From contig CAVWHO010000007.1 in NCBI GenBank assembly GCA_963754875.1, positions 64,001 to 128,000 on the forward strand: a stretch of 64,000 bases of DNA, in the 5' to 3' direction. The stretch's first letter is position 1. Each line of letters opens with the position of its first letter. Made by a program: the position numbers and the translations under genes. Below the pieces are notes generated by a model that ran no database searches, had not been told where the DNA came from, and saw only the letters and a program-made list of their open reading frames with translations. Of this stretch, positions 52,086 to 62,051 are shown in pieces. Source of the stretch: Nitrospirota bacterium (lineage in GTDB: Bacteria; Nitrospirota; UBA9217).

Positions 52086-52532
52086 TCAATAATTAGCAAG
52101 AAGTGTTACAGCCGTGACGTTTCCTATAGCCGCATTCGTTATTGTAACTGCTACCCGTTTATAGTTGGTCGCAGTGTTGCAGGCACCGGTATTGTCCAGA
52201 CTTCCTGATGCGACATAGCAGATGTCCAGACTGCAGTTGAACCCTGTGAGCATGGCCGTATTACACCCTTGGCCCGTTCCCGTATTAAGAGCTGCCGCGG
52301 AAAATCCGTTTGCATTCTTGATGCCGATCACAGCGTCAAGCTCCCCTTGCGCCAACTCCGTTGCCTGATCAACGACCACCGGATTGGCGCTTCCTCGCAT
52401 GCCCGTTGTAAAGACCGACAACACGCCAACAGCTGCGATGGACAGCACGACGAGCGTAATAATGGTCTCGATCAGCGTAAAGCCGCCTGTATTTTTGTTT
52501 GCCCTCAGCCCGCTGTCCTCAGCTCTCTGCAT
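52086..52532 (-). CDS. Minor pilin (MshD/PilV-like)
   Basis: G-FTLIE; YKRVAVTIT; C-terminal ANY. Confidence 0.85.
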   Translation of the reverse strand: MQRAEDSGLRANKNTGGFTLIETIITLVVLSIAAVGVLSVFTTGMRGSANPVVVDQATELAQGELDAVIGIKNANGFSAAALNTGTGQGCNTAMLTGFNCSLDICYVASGSLDNTGACNTATNYKRVAVTITNAAIGNVTAVTLLANY

Positions 52533-52533
52533 C

Positions 52534-53031
52534 TCAATTCACCGCACCGGTTTGGGCCGTGATCGTTAAAGTCCCGGCGGTCACGAGATTCGAATAAACA
52601 GTGATTACCGCTCCGTTGCCGACCGTTGGAGAACCCAAAGAGTTGAACTCGACGTATCCGCCTGCCGGAGTACTCACCGTAATCCCGGTATATTGACCGG
52701 CATTCAGTGCTATACTCAGATTTCCGCTCTTCGCAGGGTCCATCGCAACCTCGCCTGCCTCACCCCATGTCCCATTCCCGTTCAGATCATTCACTACGGC
52801 GTATCCGGGGTTGGGTGACGGTGCAGTGTTGAAATAAACGCGGAATCTCCTGTTTTGAGACATGGCCAGGTTCTGCGCGTAGCGAATGTCGGCTCGAAGT
52901 TTGTGTGTGAACGCCCCGGCGTTCGTTGAAGTTACGTCCCCTAGCCTCGGCGCGGCGAACACAGAAATGATGCTGATGAGGACAAGGATCATGATAAGTT
53001 CAAGTAAGGTGAAACCCCTTTGGGTCATCAT
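52534..53031 (-). CDS. Minor pilin (MshC/FimU/GspH-like)
   Basis: G-FTLLE; DIRYAQNLAM; FNSLGSP. Confidence 0.85.
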   Translation of the reverse strand: MMTQRGFTLLELIMILVLISIISVFAAPRLGDVTSTNAGAFTHKLRADIRYAQNLAMSQNRRFRVYFNTAPSPNPGYAVVNDLNGNGTWGEAGEVAMDPAKSGNLSIALNAGQYTGITVSTPAGGYVEFNSLGSPTVGNGAVITVYSNLVTAGTLTITAQTGAVN

Positions 53032-53042
53032 AATGATTCGTC

Positions 53043-53077
53043 AAAAAAAAACCGCCCCCTGTGCTTTTGGGAGCGGT
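53043..53077 (-). terminator. Intrinsic terminator after the major pilin
   Basis: Minus strand ACCGCTCCC..GGGGGCGGT followed by a T-run. Confidence 0.7.
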
Positions 53078-53147
53078 AAACATTATATTATATGGAAATC
53101 AACCATACTGTTGCACAGTTCTCGCACTGCAAGCGGCTCAACCTCTG

Positions 53148-53597
53148 TTAGCAGCCCGTCGTAGTCGTTGAGGCGGTATAAACTCCGCCAGCTCCGGCCG
53201 CTTGCGTATAACTCACCGAGCAGTTTGCGGGTGTGGGCGCGCCGTTCAGCGTAAAGGTTGCAGGTGCGCCGGTGTTATAAGTAAATCCCGACATGTTCGC
53301 AATGGCTGCATTAATTCCACCCGTGGCCGAAGCGGGGAAACCAAACACTGTGGTAACACTTGTTCCACCTACGGTTACGGTACCAGGGTTGAGACTGGCT
53401 TGACCATTAATAATAGCAGCCGCATTCGTCATGGCAGCGGCACCGTTCACGGTGGCCAGCATGCCGTTTACGGCAGAAACTCGGGCGTTGGTCGAAAGAT
53501 CGATATACCGGGGGATCGCTACAGCCGCCAAAATTCCAAGGATCACGATTACCATGACTAATTCAATCAGCGTAAAACCTTTTTGTGACTTTGACAT
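53148..53597 (-). CDS. mshA: Major type IV pilin, MshA-like
   Basis: [40 protein letters not shown]-terminal GC; AGGAGG SD; own terminator. Confidence 0.85.
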   Translation of the reverse strand: MSKSQKGFTLIELVMVIVILGILAAVAIPRYIDLSTNARVSAVNGMLATVNGAAAMTNAAAIINGQASLNPGTVTVGGTSVTTVFGFPASATGGINAAIANMSGFTYNTGAPATFTLNGAPTPANCSVSYTQAAGAGGVYTASTTTTGC

Positions 53598-53656
53598 TTG
53601 GTTCCTCCTTCGAAGTTAAGTAATTAAAATCTATTTTGTGCCACCTCGTCGTTAAG

Positions 53657-54073
53657 CTACCACGTTTCGTACCTCTTTGTTGTTGTTCTCACCTTGCCCT
53701 GAATAGGATCGTAGGTAAACGGCTCCCCGAAAGGATCGACTATATTCCCCTTTGCATCCAATGATTGTTGCGTCAAATACTTTTGCTTGAATATTGACCC
53801 CGAATAAGGATCTTTTCCAATCCTGGCTGGAAGCATCACATCTTTCTCAATAAGCTCACGGAGGCTTTGAGGATTTTTTTTATTCAACATCTTATAGAGC
53901 GAAATGCTCGTCCGTATGTTCGTGAGTGCTGTCTTCAGCGCCACTTCCTGGGCTTTACGGGCCAGTTCGCGGTATTTCGGAATCACAACACCGATTAATA
54001 TCCCGATGAGGCCAAGGGCGATGAGCGCCTCCACGATCGTCAACCCCTTCTGCTTCCAGCAGGGTTTTCTCAT
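53657..54073 (-). CDS. Prepilin-type / pseudopilin protein
   Basis: KG-LTIVE; EVALKTALTNIRTSI; DPFG. Confidence 0.8.
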   Translation of the reverse strand: MRKPCWKQKGLTIVEALIALGLIGILIGVVIPKYRELARKAQEVALKTALTNIRTSISLYKMLNKKNPQSLRELIEKDVMLPARIGKDPYSGSIFKQKYLTQQSLDAKGNIVDPFGEPFTYDPIQGKVRTTTKRYETW

Positions 54074-54149
54074 CTCCCAAATCACGAGTTAGTATACAAC
54101 AATTTTGATACAATGCAACAAAAAATTGCTGTAGTCGCGCCCTTAATCT

Positions 54150-55364
54150 CTATTTCTGGAACAAACCGATCATGTTCCACATGGGCAGAAATACGCCCAG
54201 TGCCAGGAACAAGACCATCCCCCCGACAAAGAGCAGGAGGATCGGTTCTAACATGGTCGAGAGGTTCTTGAGCGCATACTCGACATCCATATCGTAATAA
54301 TCCGAAACTTTGTTCAGCATGACATCAAGCTGGCCGGTTTCCTCCCCCACGGCAACCATTTGAACCACCAGTGGCGGAAACAGCTTGGATGCCTCCATAG
54401 GCAGCACTATACCCTTGCCTGTCCTAAGGCTTTCGCGCATTTCTTCCACAGCGCGGGCAATCACCACATTGCCCACGATCTCACCAGCGATACCGAGTGT
54501 CAGCATCATGGACAGACCGCTCTTCTGCAGGGCGCTGAAGACCCGTGCGAACCTTGATAGCGCCACTTTCCGAAACAGGATGCCGAAGATCGGCAGCTTC
54601 AGCTTCAGCCGGTCCCAGTGCCACCTGCCTTGAGGCGTACGCACATACGTGACACCACCCCATACGAGTGCCCCTATTCCCAGAACAATGAAATACCAGT
54701 AGTGCTGAATGGCATAATTGATCCCGATGAGAACCCGTGTCGGCAGCGGGAGCTCCGTCTTGAACTGTGCGAAGATCGCTGCAAATTTCGGTATCACGAA
54801 ACTGACCAGAAATATAAAAGCAGCGACGATGGCGACAACGACGATCAGGGGATAGCGTACGGCCGCCTTCACTCGGGCACGGGTCTCGGCATCATGTTCA
54901 GCCAATGCTGCAAGCCGATTCAGGATTTCGTCGAGGATACCGGCTGTCTCTCCGGCACGGATCATGCTCACATAGAGCTTGCTGAATATTTTGGGGTGTT
55001 TGGCAAGAGCGTCGGAAAAGGACGACCCGGCCTCAACGTCCTGCCTGATCTCCACGATCGCGTCCCGCAAACTGGGATTTTCGGTCTGTTTCTCTAAGGT
55101 GATAAGGGTCTGGATGAACGGTACGCCTGCGCTTAAAAGCGTCTCAAGTTGCCTGCTCAATATGATAAGGTCCTGTGCTTTGATTCGAGTAAAGCTCGAA
55201 AACAGGTCGGTCCGCAGAATCGGCTTTGCCTGCTCCTTGATATCAACGGGTATGAAACCCTGGCTGGAAAGCTGGTCAGCAACAGCCTCCCTGCCGCGTG
55301 CCTCCATCACTCCCGCATGCAGGGCGCCTTCTTTGTCCCTCGCTTTGTATGTGTATTGAGGCAT
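54150..55364 (-). CDS. pilC: Inner-membrane platform protein (PilC/MshG/GspF)
   Basis: Two T2SSF domains: AGETAGIL, VGEETGQL, LEPI. Confidence 0.93.
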   Translation of the reverse strand: MPQYTYKARDKEGALHAGVMEARGREAVADQLSSQGFIPVDIKEQAKPILRTDLFSSFTRIKAQDLIILSRQLETLLSAGVPFIQTLITLEKQTENPSLRDAIVEIRQDVEAGSSFSDALAKHPKIFSKLYVSMIRAGETAGILDEILNRLAALAEHDAETRARVKAAVRYPLIVVVAIVAAFIFLVSFVIPKFAAIFAQFKTELPLPTRVLIGINYAIQHYWYFIVLGIGALVWGGVTYVRTPQGRWHWDRLKLKLPIFGILFRKVALSRFARVFSALQKSGLSMMLTLGIAGEIVGNVVIARAVEEMRESLRTGKGIVLPMEASKLFPPLVVQMVAVGEETGQLDVMLNKVSDYYDMDVEYALKNLSTMLEPILLLFVGGMVLFLALGVFLPMWNMIGLFQK

Positions 55365-55372
55365 GATAACCC

Positions 55373-55506
55373 TCGATGGTTTCGTACAAAGTCGTCATTC
55401 CCGCTTGTCGGGAATCATGGTGCGGCACAACGTACTCAAAGCAAGGATTCCGGGCAAGCCGGAATGACGTTAAAAGCGTTAAACCGCCTTTTTGCTCGTT
55501 CATCAA
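55373..55506. mobile_element. MITE-like palindromic element, copy 2 (inverted)
   Basis: Reverse complement aligns along its length with 38361-38496. Confidence 0.8.
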
Positions 55507-55597
55507 CCCTTGAACAATCACCGACCCTGATGCGCTTTTCAGCTGCTCTACGTTAACATAAAACCTGAAACAGCGCAACAAAGGAAGAAATAAAATA

Positions 55598-55626
55598 TTG
55601 ACAAAAACTTCTTTCTGCGGTATAGT
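55598..55626 (+). promoter_or_regulatory. Sigma70 promoter of rho
   Basis: TTGACA-17-TATAGT. Confidence 0.75.
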
Positions 55627-55948
55627 TTTCAACAATCATAGAGCAGGCCTAATCCAAAACCCCATTTACCAAACCCAACAGATTAATTTCTCAGGTTGAA
55701 AAAAAGTATACGCACCCTATTCACAGAGGAAGGCACGTTCATCCGTAGCAAACTCACAAGCCGGCAGAGTCGTTAATCGTACACCAACACAACCCGACAG
55801 TCTGAGGACCCGCCTCCTTAAAAATCGAAATTATTTGCGCATTCATGCATTCACACACATTCAGGAGCAGTATAAACCACCAATCAATCCCCGTAATTAA
55901 GGAACAGACCCCATCTGCCCCTCAAACCCGGGCCAAGGAGTAAACTTA

Positions 55949-57197
55949 ATGAACTTAGTAGAACTGAAGGGCAAAAGCATCGCCGAACTTACCACCATGG
56001 CGGACGAACTGAAGGTCGAGGGCGTAAGCGGCATGCGGAAGCAGGAACTTATCTTCGCGATCCTGCAGGCCCAGACCGAAAAAAACGGCATGATCTTCGG
56101 CGAAGGAGTCCTCGAAATCTTGCCCGACGGGTTCGGCTTCCTGAGAGCACCGGATTACAATTACCTCCCCGGACCGGACGATATCTATGTATCTCCCTCG
56201 CAGATCAGGCGGTTCAATATCCGCACCGGTGATACGGTCTCCGGTCAGATCAGGCCCCCGAAAGAAGGCGAGCGCTATTTCGCCCTTCTCAAGGTTGATG
56301 CGATCAACTACGAGGACCCGGAGATCTCGCGGACCAAGATCCTCTTCGATAACCTCACTCCCTACTATCCCGGAAAAAAAGATCAAGCTCGAACATTCGC
56401 CCACTGACTACACGACCCGCGCCATGGACCTCGTTACCCCCATCGGCATGGGCCAGCGCGGCATGATCGTGGCCCCGCCGCGGACCGGCAAAACCATGCT
56501 GCTCCAGTCGATAGCGAAGGCGATCCTCAAGAACCACAAGGACATCAAGCTCATCGTACTGTTGATCGACGAGCGGCCGGAAGAAGTCACGGACTGGCAG
56601 CGCCAGGTCAAGGCGGAGATCATCAGTTCCACCTTCGATGAACCGCCGCAAAGGCACGTGCAGGTGGCGGACATGGTGAGCGAGCGCGCCAAGCGCCTGG
56701 TGGAACATAAGAAGGATGTAGTCATCCTGCTCGATAGCATCACGCGCCTCGCGCGGGCTCACAATGCTATCATCCCCGCCTCGGGCAAGGTGCTCTCCGG
56801 CGGTCTTGACGCGAATGCCCTGCAGCGGCCAAAACGGTTCTTCGGCGCGGCCCGCAGCATCGAAGACGGCGGGAGCCTCACGATCCTCGCAACAGCGCTC
56901 GTTGATACCGGCAGCCGCATGGATGACGTGATCTTCGAGGAATTCAAGGGCACCGGCAACATGGAACTGCATCTTGACCGCAAGCTCGTGGACAAGCGCG
57001 TGTTCCCGGCCATCGACATCAACGCCTCCGGCACGCGGAAGGAAGAATTGCTCGTGGACAAAGACGATCTGAACCGCATGTGGGTCCTCCGCAAGGTCCT
57101 GAACCCGTTGTCCACGGTCGAAAGCATGGAGTTCCTGCTCGAAAAACTGAAACAGGCCAAGACGAACCGGGACTTCCTGGATTCCATGAACAAGTAA
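55949..57197 (+). CDS. rho: Transcription termination factor Rho; one extra base near 56370
   Basis: [36 protein letters not shown] and [10 protein letters not shown] motifs; the two ORFs join as [10 protein letters not shown]. Confidence 0.96.
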
Positions 57198-57300
57198 TTT
57201 TTCTCTTGTATTTTTGAGACGTTTGGTATATCATTCCGGCCTTAACGAATATAGCCACAGCAGGTGCTGTGGCTATGGCTTATTTCAGGAGGACACACAA

Positions 57301-57501
57301 ATGAAGCAGGATATTCATCCCGATTACAAGGTATCGAAAGTGCACTGCGCATGCGGGGAAGCGTTCGAAACGCGCTCCACCAAGCCGGAAATACGGCTCG
57401 ACATTTGCTCTAACTGCCACCCCTTCTTCACCGGCAAGCAGAAGCTCATCGATACCGAAGGCCGCGTCGACAAGTTCAGGAAGAAGTACAATAAGGCCTA
57501 A
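57301..57501 (+). CDS. rpmE: 50S ribosomal protein L31 (zinc-binding C+ type)
   Basis: [34 protein letters not shown]. Confidence 0.97.
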   Translation: MKQDIHPDYKVSKVHCACGEAFETRSTKPEIRLDICSNCHPFFTGKQKLIDTEGRVDKFRKKYNKA

Positions 57502-57598
57502 AGCGGACTGCAGATGATAGAGGTCAGATCACAGACGGTAATGCTTGCGTTATCTGTTTTCTGACCTCTGTGTTCTGGCTTAACACGAGGTTTCTGTC

Positions 57599-58504
57599 TT
57601 GGTTGAAAAGTTGAACATAGGCGGGCAGGCCGTGCTCGAAGGTGTGATGATGCGCTCACCCCATGCCTTTACCGTGGCTGTGCGCAAGGGCGGTAGGCCC
57701 GCTGCTGATATCGCGGTCTTGCAGGAAACGATCAGGCCGTTCGGCGAATGTTTTCCGTTGTTCAAGAAAAAAATCATCAGGGGCTCGGTCGCGCTGTTCG
57801 AAGCTTTGTGGCTCGGTATCCGGGCGCTCAATTTTTCGGCGAATGAAGCCCTCGAAGGCGAAGACGGGAAAAAAGAAGAAATCAGCTCCTTTGCCATGGC
57901 AGGGACCATGATCGTAGCGCTGGCCTTCTCACTCGGCCTCTTTCTCGGACTGCCCCTCCTCCTTACCAACCTGCTCGGCATGAAGTACGATGCGGTAACG
58001 AAAAACAGCATGCTGTTCAATCTGACGGACGGCGTACTCCGCGTGGCGCTCTTTCTCGGCTATGTTTCCGGCATCTCCTTCATGAAGGACATCCGAAGGG
58101 TCTTCGAATACCACGGAGCTGAGCACAAGGCTATTGCGGCTTACGAAGCAGGGGTTGAACTGACGGTGGTGAACGCACGGCCCTACTCCCGCATCCATCC
58201 ACGGTGCGGTACGAGCTTTCTGATCGCGGTGATAGCGCTCTCTATTCTCGTTTTTTCCCTGGTCCCGGGCAGCTGGCCGCTCTGGGCAAAGGGTTTGTCA
58301 CGAATCGTGCTCCTCCCCCTGATCGCTGGTTTGGGATATGAGTTCATCAAATTCAGTGCAAAGAACGGCGGGAATCCCTTGATCAAGGGCCTGATGCAGC
58401 CGGGGCTCTGGCTCCAGCGGCTGACGACCCGGGAGCCATCGGACGATCAAATTGAGGTGGCCCTCAGGTCCCTCACCGAGGCCATCGCGATGGAACCCCG
58501 CTAA
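57599..58504 (+). CDS. DUF1385 (YqhQ-like) membrane protein
   Basis: IGGQAVLEGVMMR, FEYHGAEHK, HPRCGTSF and QRLTTREP motifs. Confidence 0.93.
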   Translation: MVEKLNIGGQAVLEGVMMRSPHAFTVAVRKGGRPAADIAVLQETIRPFGECFPLFKKKIIRGSVALFEALWLGIRALNFSANEALEGEDGKKEEISSFAMAGTMIVALAFSLGLFLGLPLLLTNLLGMKYDAVTKNSMLFNLTDGVLRVALFLGYVSGISFMKDIRRVFEYHGAEHKAIAAYEAGVELTVVNARPYSRIHPRCGTSFLIAVIALSILVFSLVPGSWPLWAKGLSRIVLLPLIAGLGYEFIKFSAKNGGNPLIKGLMQPGLWLQRLTTREPSDDQIEVALRSLTEAIAMEPR

Positions 58505-58517
58505 GGCGGGGTTTTTT
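58494..58517 (+). terminator. Intrinsic terminator
   Basis: CCCCGC taag GCGGGG T6. Confidence 0.75.
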
Positions 58518-58533
58518 GTTGGACATTGATCTT

Positions 58534-58690
58534 TTACCGCAGGCGCGGAGACGCAGAAAAAACAAGAGCCGTATCGACAGAAGTACGTGATCGATATCAG
58601 GTTCTTGGGTGCAGAATATTTTTTCTAATTTCGTTATCGTCGTCCAGTTGATTGTTTTGCCCTTCTCAGCCTCCGCGTCTCCGCGGTTAA
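58534..58690. repeat. Inverted-repeat-bounded intergenic element
   Basis: TTACCGCAGGCGCGGAGACGCAGAA ... TTCTCAGCCTCCGCGTCTCCGCGGTTAA. Confidence 0.55.
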
Positions 58691-58702
58691 TCACTTGATA
58701 CT

Positions 58703-59770
58703 ATGCTAAGTAAATTAGACGCAGTTTCAGAAAAATATGACGAGCTGACGAGGCTCCTGTCCGATCCCGGCGTTGCCGCCAACCACCAGCAATACCAGAA
58801 GTATTCGAAGGAGCGGTCGGAGATCGAGGACGTGGTGAACCATTACCGCGCCTATCGTGAACTCCTCAAGCAGATCAGGGAAGCGGAAGAGATCACCCAG
58901 GACAAACAGGCTGATCCGGACCTGAAGGCCATGGCGGATGCCGAGCTCAGGGAACTCCGACCCAAGGTCGATCAGATGGACCAGGAACTCCGGCTGATGC
59001 TCGTGCCCAAAGACCCGCGCGACGATAAGAACGTGTTCCTTGAAATACGCGCAGGCGCAGGCGGGGACGAGGCGGGATTGTTCGCCGCTGAGCTTTTTCG
59101 CCTGTACTCCCGCTACGCCGAGAAGAAGCGCTGGAAAATGACGCTTCTCGACATGAGCACTACGGGCGTCGGCGGGGCCAAGGAAGTCATTGCCCAGATC
59201 CAGGGCAAGGGCGTGTTCAGCAGGCTCAAGTACGAAAGCGGCGTGCACCGCGTGCAGCGTGTTCCCGCCACAGAGGCGAGCGGCAGGATCCATACTTCGA
59301 CCGTGACGGTAGCAGTCATTCCCGAGGCAGAAGACGTGGACGTCCAGATCGAGCAGAAGGACCTCAGAATCGACACGTATTGCTCGTCGGGCCCCGGCGG
59401 CCAGAGCGTGAACACGACCTACTCGGCTGTTCGCATAACTCACATTCCAACCGGCGAGGTTGTTGCCTGCCAGGACGAGCGCTCGCAGCTCAAGAACCGT
59501 GAAAAAGCAATGAAGATACTCAAATCGCGCCTGCTGGAAAAGGAGCGAGAGAAGCGCGAGGCCGAGGAGTCCGCGGCCCGCAAACTGCAGGTCGGCACCG
59601 GCGACCGCAGCGAGAAGATCAGGACGTATAACTTTCCGCAGAGCAGGGTGACCGACCACCGCATCGCTCTATCGCTATACAAGATCGACGCGGTCATGGA
59701 CGGAGACATCGATGAGTTCATCGACGGCCTTACGGCGGCTGACAATGCGGAACGACTCAAAAACCTGTAA
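58703..59770 (+). CDS. prfA: Peptide chain release factor 1
   Basis: EIRAGAGGDEA, VQRVPATE (PxT) and GGQ motifs. Confidence 0.98.
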   Translation: MLSKLDAVSEKYDELTRLLSDPGVAANHQQYQKYSKERSEIEDVVNHYRAYRELLKQIREAEEITQDKQADPDLKAMADAELRELRPKVDQMDQELRLMLVPKDPRDDKNVFLEIRAGAGGDEAGLFAAELFRLYSRYAEKKRWKMTLLDMSTTGVGGAKEVIAQIQGKGVFSRLKYESGVHRVQRVPATEASGRIHTSTVTVAVIPEAEDVDVQIEQKDLRIDTYCSSGPGGQSVNTTYSAVRITHIPTGEVVACQDERSQLKNREKAMKILKSRLLEKEREKREAEESAARKLQVGTGDRSEKIRTYNFPQSRVTDHRIALSLYKIDAVMDGDIDEFIDGLTAADNAERLKNL

Positions 59771-59792
59771 CGTTCACTCCACTTTGATAAAT

Positions 59793-60656
59793 GTGACTCT
59801 TGTTGAAGCAATAAACAATGCAGCAAAACAGTTATCGGCTGCGGGTATAACCAACGACCGGCTCGACGCAGAAGTGCTTCTCTGTCACACGCTCGGAAAA
59901 GACCGCGCCTGGCTCCTGGCCCACATACGGGAACCGCTCAGCAACGAGCTTCGAGGAATCTTTGAACAAAAGATCGATCGAAGGGCCAAGCGGGAACCGC
60001 TTCAGTATATAACGGGACACCAGGAATTCTGGGGCCTGGACTTCGCAGTCACGCGGGACGTCCTTATCCCGAGGCCGGAAACCGAACTGATTATCGAGAC
60101 CGTTCTTGGTTTTACGAAAAAAAAGGACCAGGCAATAACGATCATCGACCTCTGTACGGGCTCAGGCTGCATTGCCGTAAGCCTGGCCAAAGAGTTGGGC
60201 GCTGCGCGCATTTTCGCAACGGATAGATCCGGGAAAGCACTTGACGTTGCCCAAGAGAACGCGCACAGGCACGGGGTTTCAGACCGCATCCGGTTCCTCG
60301 AAGGTGACCTGTTCGGCCCCTTAGATGAACTTGACATCCTTGGCCGTACGGATATCATTGTGGCAAATCCCCCCTACGTTCCATCGGGAGATTACAGCAC
60401 GCTTCAGGCCGAGGTAAGGGATTACGAACCGGAACTGGCGCTCATCGCCGGACGGGATGGCACGGAAATTCATCAGCGCATACTTAACGAGGCGCCGCGT
60501 TTTCTCAAAAACAAAGGTCACCTCATCATGGAAATGGGTATAGGGCAAAGTGGTGAGCTTGTGCACAGGATTCGGGAAACCGGCGTATTTGCTCTGCCGG
60601 CTGTTCTCAGGGACCTTGCGGGTATTGAGCGGGTCATAGTCGCAACAATCAAATGA
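59793..60656 (+). CDS. prmC: Release factor glutamine methyltransferase
   Basis: EPLQYI, LIPRPETE, DLCTGSG and NPPY motifs. Confidence 0.96.
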   Translation: MTLVEAINNAAKQLSAAGITNDRLDAEVLLCHTLGKDRAWLLAHIREPLSNELRGIFEQKIDRRAKREPLQYITGHQEFWGLDFAVTRDVLIPRPETELIIETVLGFTKKKDQAITIIDLCTGSGCIAVSLAKELGAARIFATDRSGKALDVAQENAHRHGVSDRIRFLEGDLFGPLDELDILGRTDIIVANPPYVPSGDYSTLQAEVRDYEPELALIAGRDGTEIHQRILNEAPRFLKNKGHLIMEMGIGQSGELVHRIRETGVFALPAVLRDLAGIERVIVATIK

Positions 60657-60720
60657 ACCTCGACCACAAATCGACCCTGTTTCAGTCTTTGGACAGAGTT
60701 CATCGGCGGTTACATAAATC

Positions 60721-61968
60721 ATGAAGAAGATCGTTATCAATGGCGGGAAAAAACTGAGCGGCGAAGTTACGATCAGCGGCGCAAAGAACGCGGCACTGCC
60801 CATCCTCGCTGCCGGCCTGCTGTGCGCGGGTAAGCAGACCATTGCGAATGTCCCGCGCCTGGCCGATGTAACCACGTTCGGAAGGATCCTCCAAAACATG
60901 GGCGTGTCCTTCGATCGGAAGGATGAGGATATCGTCATCGATTCCACTGGTCTGACAAACCCCGAGGCGCCTTATGATCTCGTGCGGACCATGCGGGCCT
61001 CGGTGCTCGTGCTCGGCCCGCTTGTGGCGCGCATGGGCAGGGCCAGGGTGTCAATGCCGGGCGGATGCGCTATCGGCGCGCGTCCCATCAACCTTCATCT
61101 CATGGGCCTCGAGAAGCTCGGCGCATCGGTCGAAATCGAGCATGGCTACGTTGTCGCATCAGCCAGGAGGCTTCACGGGACGCGTATCTATTTCGACACC
61201 ATCACCGTGACCGGCACGGAGAACATCATGATGGCAGCCACGCTTGCAGAAGGCCAGACCATCATCGAGAATGCGGCGCGGGAGCCTGAAATCGTCGATT
61301 TGGCGAATGCCCTCATTCAGATGGGCGCGAAAATCGAAGGCGCGGGTACGGACATCATCAAAATCCAGGGAGTTGACACCCTCCGGCCCATGAACTACAC
61401 CGTGATGCCCGACCGGATCGAAACAGGCACCTTTGTAATCGCCGCAGCGATAACCGGCGGCACGGTGACGATCAAAAATTGTTTTCCCGGCCATCTTGAC
61501 GCAGTTCTGACAAAGGTACAGGAAGCAGGCGTCCAAATTTCGATTGATGACAATACAATCCGCGTGATCGGACAGCCTGGCATCACCGCGGTGAATATCA
61601 AGACACAGGAATATCCGGGTTTTCCCACTGATATGCAGGCACAATTCATGAGCCTCATGACTCTTGCCGAGGGCACGAGCGTTATCAATGAGACAATTTT
61701 TGAGAACCGTTTCACCCATGTGGCGGAACTTCGCCGTATGGGAGCCGATATCGAAGCCGACGGTCACACGGCCATCGTAAAGGGCGTAACGAAGCTGTCC
61801 GCGGCGCCTGTTATGGCGACCGACCTCCGGGCGAGCGCATCCCTGATCCTCGCGGGACTTGCCGCGGAAGGACAGACCGTGGTCTCCCGCATCTACCATC
61901 TCGACCGGGGGTATGAGAACATCGAGCAGAAGCTCTCGGCCCTCGGGGCGGATATTAAAAGAGTATAA
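60721..61968 (+). CDS. murA: UDP-N-acetylglucosamine 1-carboxyvinyltransferase
   Basis: [18 protein letters not shown] and YPGFPTDMQ motifs. Confidence 0.98.
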   Translation: MKKIVINGGKKLSGEVTISGAKNAALPILAAGLLCAGKQTIANVPRLADVTTFGRILQNMGVSFDRKDEDIVIDSTGLTNPEAPYDLVRTMRASVLVLGPLVARMGRARVSMPGGCAIGARPINLHLMGLEKLGASVEIEHGYVVASARRLHGTRIYFDTITVTGTENIMMAATLAEGQTIIENAAREPEIVDLANALIQMGAKIEGAGTDIIKIQGVDTLRPMNYTVMPDRIETGTFVIAAAITGGTVTIKNCFPGHLDAVLTKVQEAGVQISIDDNTIRVIGQPGITAVNIKTQEYPGFPTDMQAQFMSLMTLAEGTSVINETIFENRFTHVAELRRMGADIEADGHTAIVKGVTKLSAAPVMATDLRASASLILAGLAAEGQTVVSRIYHLDRGYENIEQKLSALGADIKRV

Positions 61969-62051
61969 GAGACGGGACGGGCTAACAGGATGGAGAGAGG
62001 GGAAAGATTTCAACCTGCTCTAATCCTGTCGAAAGAGGTTCTTAATCAATT

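Noticed and set aside
56369..56381. Programmed frameshift in rho at an A7-G run
   Set aside because: A-AAA-AAG promotes -1 shifts, but a +1 correction is needed; similar single-base insertions occur across the window.
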